In this document: one piece after another, positions 11,581 to 21,756 of the stretch
Numbering within the stretch: position 1 is the stretch's first letter
Layout: each line of letters starts with the position of its first letter
Assembly: GCA_051294375.1 (NCBI GenBank)
Contig: JBJCIZ010000528.1
Location: 1 to 40,446, forward strand
Length of the DNA stretch: 40,446 nucleotides
Direction: 5' to 3'
DNA from: Paraspadella gotoi
Taxonomy: Eukaryota; Animalia; Chaetognatha
Notes under the pieces: model-generated
What the model saw: only the letters and a program-made list of their open reading frames with translations
What the model was told of the DNA's origin: nothing
The model's database searches: none
Translations under genes and position numbers: made by a program

Positions 11581-12621
11581 AATAGCCAAAGGACTTTTAA
11601 CTTTAACTGTAAATATTTAAAATTTCATTTCAATTTCATTCAATTAATGAATAACAAATATTTATTTCATTTTTATTAGTTTCATGCAAATATTTTGATT
11701 CTTATGAACAAATCATTTTTCAAGGCAGTTCTTTTGTATTTTGCTTCTCTCTCTTTCTCTCTCTCTCTCTCTATCTGACTTTTTCTGGAACAATTTACTT
11801 TTACTCTGGACTGCCTTTAAAAATGATTAGTTCATAAGAATCAAAGCATTGTCAAAAAAATAAGAAAATTATACTTATAAATCCCACCACGANNNNNNNN
11901 NNNNNNNNNNNNNNNNNNNNNNNNNNNNNNNNNNNNNNNNNNNNNNNNNNNNNNNNNNNNNNNNNNNNNNNNNNNNNNNNNNNNNNNNNNNNNNNNNNNN
12001 NNNNNNNNNNNNNNNNNNNNNNNNNNNNNNNNNNNNNNNNNNNNNNNNNNNNNNNNNNNNNNNNNNNNNNNNNNNNNNNNNNNNNNNNNNNNNNNNNNNN
12101 NNNNNNNNNNNNNNNNNNNNNNNNNNNNNNNNNNNNNNNNNNNNNNNNNNNNNNNNNNNNNNNNNNNNNNNNNNNNNNNNNNNNNNNNNNNNNNNNNNNN
12201 NNNNNNNNNNNNNNNNNNNNNNNNNNNNNNNNNNNNNNNNNNNNNNNNNNNNNNNNNNNNNNNNNNNNNNNNNNNNNNNNNNNNNNNNNNNNNNNNNNNN
12301 NNNNNNNNNNNNNNNNNNNNNNNNNNNNNNNNNNNNNNNNNNNNNNNNNNNNNNNNNNNNNNNNNNNNNNNNNNNNNNNNNNNNNNNNNNNNNNNNNNNN
12401 NNNNNNNNNNNNNNNNNNNNNNNNNNNNNNNNNNNNNNNNNNNNNNNNNNNNNNNNNNNNNNNNNNNNNNNNNNNNNNNNNNNNNNNNNNNNNNNNNNNN
12501 NNNNNNNNNNNNNNNNNNNTAAGCACTTAAAATTATACTAGAAACTGTACAGGATTGTGTAAATTTTCGACTGCATGGTAAAAAAAACCAGTGTAATGTA
12601 TATTTTTCTTTCTTTTTTATT

Positions 12622-12716
12622 GAGAGTTAATTTAAGAGTGGTAAGACATTATGAAGAGAAATGGGAAAGAGAACTTGGAATTAGTTTAACTAATGAGTGG
12701 AGGGTAGTGTGGAGCA
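12622..12716 (+). pseudogene. L1/Tx1-like LINE ORF2 C-terminal region, fragment 1
   Basis: Translates RVNLRVVRHYEEKWERELGISLTNEWRVVWS; the KWExELG..EWxxxW pattern precedes the zf-RVT domain in L1-clade ORF2. Confidence 0.75.
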
Positions 12717-13212
12717 CTGGGGAACATAAATTTTATTGGAGTGAACAAACAAGGATATTTAGACGTGAGATAGTATGATTAAGGAGTACAAAAAATATTT
12801 TGCTTATATTGTTTGGGGAACAGTATCATTAATTACAATATATTTATAATAATATCCTTATAAAATCATAAATTTAAAAATAATTTAAAAAAAAAATTTA
12901 TTAAAGATTCTGATTCTTCATAAAAAGTTAGATAAAAAATATAAAGTATGTTATTAAAAACCTCAATATCTTCAGTATCAAAAATGCAATAAAAAAGATT
13001 AAATTCTCCACTTTTTCACACTTTGTAGTAGAAACTATTAAATGATGAAACGTTTTGGTAATTTTTCGCAGCTTTAACCTAAAAATACTGTAATGCAAAT
13101 TTTTTTTGAAAAATAGCTTAATTATTTTTTATTACATATACAAAGGCAGCAAAAAAATATTTTTCCATCGCTCAATCTTTTCATCACTCCACCCTAGTGA
13201 AGGGCTATCTGG
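12717..13212. mobile_element. ~0.5-kb AT-rich insertion interrupting LINE ORF2
   Basis: Separates two otherwise contiguous ORF2 pieces; ggagca occurs on both sides (12711-12716, 13213-13218); no convincing TIR. Confidence 0.5.
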
Positions 13213-13484
13213 GGAGCAATTATGTACTCTGATACTTCTTACTATGTTAGATCTTCTATTTGGCGCCAGGTAAATTTAAATTTCTGGACAGCATATATGG
13301 ATTATGCCTATGTAGGAAGAGGTGATGGTATTTGTGATCTTTGTGGTTTTGTAGTACGTGAACGATGGCATATTTTGACTCAGTGTGAAGTGGTTGTAAG
13401 ACTTTGGGAGAAGTTGAGTGTGACACTGTTAAACTTTCATGATAAGCAAGTAAATAAACGAGAGATGAGCTTAGGCTTAATGAG
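13213..13484 (+). pseudogene. L1/Tx1-like LINE ORF2 fragment 2 (zf-RVT CCHC domain)
   Basis: GDGICDLCGFVVRERWHILTQCEVVVRLW fits the C-x2-C...H-x4-C...W motif; ends at KREMSLGLM, which continues after the hAT-like insertion. Confidence 0.85.
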
Positions 13485-13749
13485 TAGACTTACTAAAAAT
13501 CATTACATAAACAAGATGAAATTTCACGACTCATTTTAATAGGTTCTTTTTGGTCTTTAAAAGACATTAAAACTGTCTAAACCCTAAAAACTTGACCGGA
13601 AAAGAACTCTCCAAAGCTTCCAAGTAATAGAGTCAATCCTTATTTTGACCAAAAATCGAAGCTTGAGAAATAAAATTCAAAATATTTATTTTAAAGTTAT
13701 TAGATATTAGTTATTAGATAAAGTTATCAGTAACTTTTTAGCTGGGTGC

Positions 13750-13963
13750 GAGTACTTGGGGAGCAATTTCAAATCATTTTTCTCTAAGTTGTTGGGTAGG
13801 TTGGTCGGTCTGTCAGTCTATCTAACCTAAATTGTAGTTCATTCAAATAGCGATGTCGCCGGCGATTCTCGCACGAGTCGCAGGTGTGGTTCTAGTTGGT
13901 TGGCAACTTCGCGACTTCGCCATGGCGATATCGCCAGGGCTTTGGCGATGTCTCCAGTACCCC
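13750..13963. mobile_element. Possible small MITE with G(A/G)GTACT(T)GG ends and internal tggcga/tcgcca motifs
   Basis: gagtacttgggga ... tctccagtacccc; internal ttctagttggttggc also occurs at ~16573. Confidence 0.3.
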
Positions 13964-13994
13964 CACTGGCGACCTCCTCAGTGATAAAAGTAGC

Positions 13995-14293
13995 CCTTGT
14001 GGCGGTATATTCACACCGCCTCGCGTCCACCATCCTTCAGCCAAATCCATTGGTTCAGAGGGGGAACACACCATCCCAGGCGTAGTGTTCCATCCACAGT
14101 CCTAACGACTTCCCTCTGCGTTAGCAAAGCGAGACCGTCCTAGGGTAACCGCGCCAGTGACTGGAGGCGTCACTGAAGGTCGGAAGCCCCCAAAGCCAAC
14201 AGTGAGATGCCCCATCCCAATGGGCATCACAGGCAACCCGGCTGTTGCCATACCCTCGCCATTTGGCGGTTTAGCTGTGAACTACATCTAACG
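13995..14293. other. GC-rich multi-hairpin insert, possibly a retroelement UTR or SINE fragment
   Basis: At least six short perfect stems in 300 bp (ggcggt/accgcc, gaacac/gtgttc, cagtgac/gtcactg, gatgccc/gggcatc, ggcaac/gttgcc, cgcca/tggcg). Confidence 0.5.
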
Positions 14294-14330
14294 TTCTAGT
14301 TATGGCGATTTCGCCTAAACTAAACTCAGA

Positions 14331-14690
14331 TTAGGGTTAGGGTTAGGGTTAGGGTTGAGATGGTTTATGGTTGAATTAGTTTAGGGTTAGGGTTAGGGTT
14401 GAGTTAAGTTAAGTTTATTTTAGGCTTAATATTAATGTCAATTTTAGGGATAGGGGTCGGGAGGCCGTGTTCGGGTTAGGCTTAGGGAAGGTACTGGCGA
14501 GGGACATTAGGGATTAGGGTTGAGGCAAGGAGATGTACGGGAGGCCTGGGCCCGGTTTAGGGTTAGGGTTGGGAGAGAGGCCCGTGAGTTATATATCGAA
14601 GGTGATTAGGGTTAGGGTTGAGGTATGGAGATGTACATGAGGCCAGGGTTAGGGTTAGGGGAGAGGCATGGAGTTGAACGGGAGGCTCGG
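14331..14690 (+). repeat. Interstitial telomere-like minisatellite: (TTAGGG)2-4 blocks separated by related G-rich linkers
   Basis: About 8 TTAGGG blocks with recurring gaggcatggagatgtacgggaggcc-like linkers; noisy copy at ~17970-18240. Confidence 0.9.
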
Positions 14691-15415
14691 TTTGTGGATG
14701 GCGCAGATCGAACTCACTTTGGTCGTTGTAGCGCCATCTAACGTCGAGAGAATCCACGATCAACTTGAGCGGCGTCTCTTGTCGACGAGGACGTTGAGAG
14801 AGTGGCCTGGAGGCGTTGAAGAAGTCGTTCGAGTTCGTAGGTAGACTCTGGGCCACGAGAGAGATCGATTGGCGTCGATTGACTGAAACCGGAAGTGGCG
14901 CTGACGCTGACGCTCGTGGCGTGGATAGAATGTTTATTATTCTAATGATAAAAAGTTCTGTAACCAACTTGCTTGGTTAATTGTATAAAGGAAACCTTAA
15001 TAAAATAATCAAAGCATATAGATATTCCTCTGCTCTTCAATCAAGCAATACAAATATCTATATGTAATAAAACAATGCAATTTATTAATTAATTAATTAA
15101 TAACGAATTGAAGAAACAATAATAATTAATAACGAGTTGGTTTTCCATGAGTTGTTAATTTGATTTTGGATTGAAATGGAAAATAGAAACATTTGTAAAC
15201 AAAACAACTCGAGTAGGTTAGAATCGATTTAAATCGGACTGTTTATTTGTTTAATATAAACAAAGGATTAAATATAATCAATAACAAGTTTATAAGGAAG
15301 ATTCGAACCTAAAATTCTTTTTTACCTAAGTGGCGATATCAGTTGAGCCTCATAACGTGGACGATGAGTCCCGGTATCGAGACTGGATCGCTGCGCTTTT
15401 TAAATTATTTTATAA
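14405..15415 (+). repeat. Segment B, duplicated at 17932-19040
   Basis: Colinear direct match; the second copy has many 1-bp insertions. Confidence 0.9.
14729..14742 (-). promoter_or_regulatory. CTCF-like motif (gttagatggcgcta) in a CpG-rich patch, with an ETS core ccggaagt at 14889-14896
   Basis: Matches the AGATGGCGCT half of the CTCF consensus; motif match only. Confidence 0.3.
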
Positions 15416-16208
15416 CAGATTTGAACGAAAAATCTCCATTAAAAAAGTCTTCCTCGATTCCTAAGAACGACGTAGACTTAGGACTAAGCTCTGACGAACA
15501 AAGCCAGAGGTTTTTTTAATATATTCTTATACCGGCCAAGGTAGATTATGGCAATATTGTTAATATTAAGTTTCAAAAAAATCCTACCATAAATATAGAA
15601 AATATTAACCAAAATTCTCAGAAAACCACCCCTTCTTTGGAAGATTTTCGCCATAGAAGATTTTTACTGAATCTGACTCCCGGTTGAAAACTCTTAGAAT
15701 TCCGATCTTAGCTCCTCTTTTACTTTTACTTTAAATAAAAATTTCACCAAAACGGACTAATTCACTTTCCCATGATCGTATCATATCAAAAAAACAAATA
15801 AAATGTAAAGATAAATTTTGAGAGCCCTTCAGACATATGGCTATCGGATTCCTGAATTTGAAGTTTATTGTAAAATCACAACATATGTTAAATGCGTTGA
15901 CATTGTATTGAAGTTAAAAATCCCTTTATTTTATATATAAAAATTGCATCAAAAATATTTTCCCGAGCGGACCAGTCCATTTGAATCTGATGGTTTGATG
16001 TCAAAATGATGGTTATTTGTCAAGAGAAAAAAAATGCGAGCCCTTCAGATGCAACAGGACTGGCAATCGAGGCGAGTTGTTTTTACATCTATTTTCATAT
16101 TTATACCTGAATTTGTTTCCCAGGGGCAGTTGACATTATTTGGTAGTCAATTTAACGAAAATCTCCATTGAAAAAGTCCTTCCNNNNNNNNNNNNNNNNN
16201 NNNNNNNN

Positions 16209-16926
16209 CCTGTAAAACCAGCCTCTTCACAAGTTTAAAAAAATTATGCAAGTTTAAAAAATTATGCAAGTTGAAAAAATTATGCAAGTTAAAAACAGCG
16301 TGACGCCGATGACGACGACGACGACGACGATGTCACAGAGAAGAAATCCTAAAACATTATAAAACCTAGTATGCATTTAATGGTACCTTACCGCTTTTAA
16401 AATATTGACTATTTTATATTTTATAATTTTAAGATTGAATTTTTTATATCATCACCTGCCGGCACAATTATGAAGCACCTTAACATCTTATAATACATAT
16501 TATTCAATATTCTTACCAAATATTATTTAAAATTATGTAGCATAAACCGAGTTATGAACATTTAAAACTTAGGTTCTAGTTGGTTGGCGACTTCGCCAGT
16601 GATAAAAGTAGCGAATATAATGAAAAGCGCAGCTAACACGGGGCTTCTTCTCCCAACCCTAACCCTAAACCAGACCTCCCGTTCAACTCCATGCCTCTCC
16701 CCCAACCCAGGCCCGGCCTCCCGTACATCTCCGAGTTCAACCCTAACCCTAACACTAACCGCCTTCGATGCATCAACCACGGCCCCTCCCCCTCCCCTAA
16801 CCCTAAACCTAAAGCTGTGATTAGATCCGGTAACATCTGGCCCAATCGATCGATTATTATTTTTAGCCAACTCCGATCGATTATTTAACCAAATTTTTAC
16901 CAGGAGCGTTTATATTGTTTGGTAGT
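16209..16926 (-). repeat. Segment D (SINE 3' tail, 19-mer repeats, CCCTAA minisatellite), inverted relative to 19928-20810 and 29604-30098
   Basis: Reverse-complement match; partial inverted copy 16763-16926 at 17765-17931. Confidence 0.9.
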
Positions 16927-17764
16927 CAGATTTGAACGAAAATCTCCATTAAAAAGTCTTCCTCGATCTCTAAGAACGACGTAGACTTAGGACTAAGCTC
17001 TGACGAACAAAGCCAGAGGTTTTTTTAATATATTCTTATACCGGCCAAGGTAGAATGATGGCAATATTGTTAATATTAAGTTTCAAAAAAATCCTACCAT
17101 AAATATAGAAAATATTAACCAAAATCTTCAGAAAATCCACCCCTTCTTTGGAAGATTTTCGCCATAGAAGATTTTTACTGAATCTGACTCCCGGTTGAAA
17201 ACTCTTAGAATTCCGATCGTTAGCTCCTCTTTTACTTTTACTTTAAATAAAAATTTCACCAAAAACGGACTAATTCACTTTCCCATGATCGTATCATATC
17301 AAAATAACCAAATAAAATGTAAAGATAAATTTTGAGAGCCCTTCAGACATATGGCTATCGGATTCCTGAATTTGAAGTTTATTGTAAAATCACAACATAT
17401 GTTAAATGCGTTGACATTGTATTGAAGTTGAAAAATCCCTTTATTTTATATATAAAAATTGCATCAAAAATATTTTCCCGAGCGGACCAGTCCATTTGAA
17501 TCTGATGGTTTGATGTCAAAATGATGGTTATTTGTCAAGAGAAAAAAAATGCGAGCCCTTCAGATGCAACAGGATCGGGAATCGAGTGTTTTTACATCTA
17601 TTTTTTTTACCTGAATTTTTCCCAGGGGCGTTGACATTATTTGGTAGTCAGATTTAACGAAAATCTCCATTGAAAAAGTCTTCCTCGATTTCTAAGAACG
17701 ACGTAGACTCCTATTTTAACTCTTTTTCGGAACTCTTATTTATAGTTTAAATCGATCCAGATAA
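16927..17764 (+). repeat. Segment C (838 bp); direct copy at 15416-16183 (cut by gap), inverted copy at 19041-19927
   Basis: cagatttgaacgaaaatctcc...aaatcgatccagataa seen three times; ~90-bp direct repeat between 16900-16989 and 17621-17709. Confidence 0.9.
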
Positions 17765-20700
17765 ACTACCAAACAATATAAACGCTCCTGGTAAAAATTC
17801 TGGTTAAATATCGATCGGAGTTGGCTAAAAATAATAATCGATCGATTAGGGCCGAGATGTTACCGGATCTAATCCACAGCTTTAGGTTTAGGGTTAGGGG
17901 AGGGGGAGGGGCCGTGGTTGATGCATCGAAGTTAAGTGTTATTTAAGGCATTAATATTAATGCTCAATGTTTAGGGGATTAGGGTGGGAGAGGCCGTGTT
18001 CGGGTTAGGCTTTTAGGGGGAAGGTCACTGGCCGAGGGACGAATTAGGGTTAGGGTGAGGGCAAGGAGGATGTACGGGAGGCCTGGGGGCCCTTGTTTTA
18101 GGGTTTAGCGGTTGGGAGAGAGGCCCCAGTGCAGTTTATATATCGAAGTGTGATTAGGGTGTAGGGGTTGAGGTATGGGAGGATGTACATGAGGCCGAGG
18201 GGTTAGGGTTAGGGAGAGGCATGGCAGTTGAACGGGAGGCTCGGTTTTGTGGATGGCGCAGATCGAAACTCACTTTGGTCGTTTGTAGCGCCCATCTAAC
18301 GTTGAGAGAATCCACGATCAACTTGAGCCGCGTCTCTTTGTCGACGAGGACGTTTGAGAGGGAGTTGCCTGGATGCTTGCAACGAAGTTCGTCTACGAGT
18401 TCGTAGGTAGGGACTCCGGTGGGCCCACCGAGAGAGCATCGATTTGGCGCTCGATTTGACTGAAACCGGAAGTGGCGCTGGACGCTGACTTCTCGTTGGC
18501 GGTGGATCAGAATGTTTATTATTCTAATGATGAAAAAAGTTCTTGTAACCAACCTTGCTTGGTTAATTGTATAAAGGAAAAACCTTAATAAAAATAATCA
18601 ACAAGCATTATAGATATTCCTCTGCTCTTCAATCAAGCAATACAAATATCTATATTGGTAATAAAAACAATGCCAATTTATTATTAATTAATTAATAACG
18701 AATTTGAAAAACAATCAATAAATTTATTTAACGAGTTTGGTTTTTTCCATGAGTTGTTAATTTGATTTTGGATGGAAATTGGAAAATTAAAACATTTTCG
18801 TAAAACACTAAAACCAACTCGAGTAAGGTTAGAGATTCGATTAAATCGACTGTTTTATTTGGTTTAAATAAACAAAGGATTAATATATCAAATAACAAGT
18901 TTATAAGGGAAGCATTCGAACCGTAAAATTCTTGTTTTACCCTAAGTGGCGATATCAGTTGAGCCTCCATAACAGTGGACGCATGGTGAGTCCCGGTATC
19001 GAGACTGGTCGCTGCGCTTTTTTTTAAATTATTTTAATAATTATCTGGAATCGATTTTAAAACTATAATAAGAGTTCCGAAAGAGTATAAACTAGGAGTC
19101 TACGTCGCTTTCCTTAGAAATCGAAGGAAGACTTTTTCAATGGAGATTTCGTTTAAATCTGGAACTACTCAAGATAACTGTCAATCGCCCGCTTGGGCTA
19201 CCAAAAACTTCAGGATAAAAGAAAATAGATGCTAAAAACCACTCCGTCGATTCCAGTTCCTGCTTTGCATAGGCTGAAGGGCTCGCATTTTTTTTCTCTT
19301 GAGCAAATAACCATCATTTTGACATCAAACATCAGATTCAAATGGACTGGTCCGCTCGGGAAAATATTTTCTGACTGCAATTTTTTATATATAAAATAAA
19401 GGGATTTTTAACTGTCAATACAATTCAACGCATTTACATATGTTGTTGATTTTACAATAAACTTCAAATTCAGGAATAACTCGATAGCCATATGTCTGAA
19501 GGGCTCTCAAAATTTATCTTTAATTTATTTGTTTATTTTGATATGATACGAATCATGGGAAAGTGAATTAGTCCGTTTGTGGTGAAATTTTATTTAAGAG
19601 TAAAAAGTAAAAGAGAGCTAACGATCGGAATTCTAAGAGTTTCAACCGGGAGTCAGATTTACAGTAAAAAATCTTCTATTGGCGAAAATCTTCCAAAGAA
19701 GGGGGTGGGTTTTCTGAAGAATTTTGGTTTAATATTTTCTATATTTATGGTAGGATTTTTTGAACTTAATATTAACAATATTTGTTGCCAATCATCTACC
19801 TTGGCCGGTATAAGAATATATTAAAAAAACCTCTGGCTTTTGTTCGTCAGAGCTTAGTCCTAAGTCTACGTTCGTTTCTTAGAATCGACGGAAGACTTTT
19901 TCAATGGAAGATTTTCGTTCAAATCTGACTACCACAAACAATATAAAGCGTCCTGGTAAAAAATTCTGGTTTAAATATTCGATCGGAGTTGGCTTAATAA
20001 GATAATAATCGATCGATTAGGCGACGATGTTGACCGGAATCTAATCACAGCTTTAGGTTAGGGTGTAGGGGAGGGGGAAGGGGCCGTGGTTGATGCATCG
20101 AAGAGCGGTTAGTGTTAGGGTATAGGTGTTGAGACTCGGAGATGTACGGGAGGCCGGGCTGGGTTGGCGGGAGAGGCATGGAGTNNNNNNNNNNNNNNNN
20201 NNNNNNNNNGAAGGCGGTTAGTGTTAGGGTATAGGTGTTGAGACTCGGGAGATGTACGGGAGGCCGGGCTGGGTTGGGGGAGAGGCATGGAGTTGAACCC
20301 GGGGAGGTCTGGTTAGGGGATAGTGGTTGCGGAGAGAAGCCCGTGTTTAGCTGCGCTTTTCATTATATTCGCTACTTTTTATCACTGGCGAAGTCTGCCA
20401 AACCAAACTAAGAACCTAAGTTTTAAATGTTATAACTCGGTTTATGCTACAATAATTTTAAATAATTATTTGGTAGGCAATATTGGAATAATATGTATTA
20501 TAAGATTGTTAAGGTGCTTCATAATTGTGCCGGCAGGTGATGTATATTAAAATTCAAATCTTTAAAAGTTTTATAAAATATAAAATAGTCAATATTTTTA
20601 AAAGCGCGGTAAGGTACCATTAAATGCATACTTAGGTTTCTATAAGTGTTGTTAGGATTTCTTTCTCTGTGACATCGTCGTCGTCGTCGTCTGTTCATCG

Positions 20701-20789
20701 CCGTCACGCTTGTTTTTAATTGCATAATTTTTGTCAACTTGGCATAATTTTTTCAACTGCATAATTTAAACTTCATAATTAATTTAACT

Positions 20790-21029
20790 TTGAAGAGGTG
20801 GGTTACAGGGCGCCACACCTCGCAAGCGGTATCACTCGTGGCGACAGCGAGACGAGGGTATGCATTATTTAGTCCAGAGCTTCTGGATGCTGGCAGTTAA
20901 GGCCCGTGCATGCCTACAGAGCGGGGTTACCGCGGTCCATCCCACTTTCTACAATGACAACGCTCAGGGCTCGAACCAGGGACGGCACATATGGGATGGT
21001 ATGCATTAGTACCACTGCGCCACTGAGGC
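20790..21029 (-). mobile_element. tRNA-derived SINE (noisy copy)
   Basis: Minus strand gcctcagTGGCGCAGTGG (A box) and GGTTCGAGCCC (B box), followed by a non-tRNA body. Confidence 0.8.
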
Positions 21030-21693
21030 GCTGCGGAAATAAACAGCATTTAATCCATCTGTGAGTGATAGGAACCGCACCAGACTTGCAAATTTTTTAC
21101 TTGCAGTTAGCTTAACAGATTTTGGTTTGCAAACATTGAAATTGACGTGGAGAAGAGAGAAAGAGAGTAAAGTATTCCAACAAAGAATTGAGCAAAAGGA
21201 CAATAGATGGTGAGGACTGGTAAAGGTGATGACACGGTAAGAGAGAAGACGTGAAATAAATTTGAAGACTGGTGAAATAGAAAAAAGAGATAAAGAGACG
21301 AGGTGGAGAAAACTTATTAACATTTGGCAATCTTGCAGGCTCTTTCTTACTTATTTGTTACAAATCTATCTATCCCAACCAACTTATTCTTCTATTTCAT
21401 TTCTTACTTACGATCTCATATAGCTAACTTATTACCTTTATTGTTATTATTCATTATTTCTTGTAGTTTTAAAATTAAGTTTGCTTAATTTAAATCTATC
21501 TTTGTTGTGATATTGACCAAATATAATCGATTTTCCCTCTCACTTTCTCTCTCTCGTCTCTTTTCTTTTAACCAGTTCAATTTTATTTTATTTTATTCAT
21601 TCTCTCTCCTTTCCTATTCTTACCTTTACCTGTCCTCACTTCTGACCACTATCTTTTCCTCAATTCTTTGTTGGATAGGAATTCTTTGTGAAA

Positions 21694-21756
21694 ACCACTG
21701 ATGAAGACTCATAAAAGCAAGAGTCGAAAGGCTTTATTGTTAATACAATCGTTGGT
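21694..21756 (+). ncRNA. Type I hammerhead ribozyme motif (Penelope pLTR-like), copy A
   Basis: acca-CTGATGA-a-gactc-ataaaagcaa-gagtc-GAAA...tggt. Confidence 0.7.

Larger units (their letters stand above)
9663..12598. mobile_element. TA-flanked TIR element (Tc1/mariner-type, non-autonomous as far as visible); contains the HINE and an N gap
   Basis: 9663-9741 is the near-perfect reverse complement of 12520-12598 (TIR cut by the gap). TA on both sides. The rejoined flanks resemble the reverse complement of 2981-3062, an apparent empty-site paralog. Confidence 0.75.

Noticed and set aside
11852-12526. Long ORFs spanning N runs (also 39739-40387)
   Set aside because: Open only because of the gaps; only the integrase-matching flanks are credible.
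14331-14690. CRISPR-like array (constant TTAGGGTTAGGGTT with ~30-nt spacers)
   Set aside because: The linkers are homologous to each other, the repeat is telomeric and short, there are no cas genes, and the context is eukaryotic.
15484-15518. Second hammerhead (ctgacga) or intrinsic terminator (ctctg..cagag + T-run)
   Set aside because: No stem II-GAAA follows, and a bacterial-type terminator is not meaningful in this context.
16560-16815. True telomere or telomere-fusion site
   Set aside because: Only 1-3 hexamers per block, embedded in a dispersed repeat, with no long head-to-head TTAGGG/CCCTAA junction.
14563-16888. ORFs with LTLTL / NPNP / LGLG repeats (also 18154-18552)
   Set aside because: Translations of TTAGGG/CCCTAA blocks; frames are not conserved between copies.
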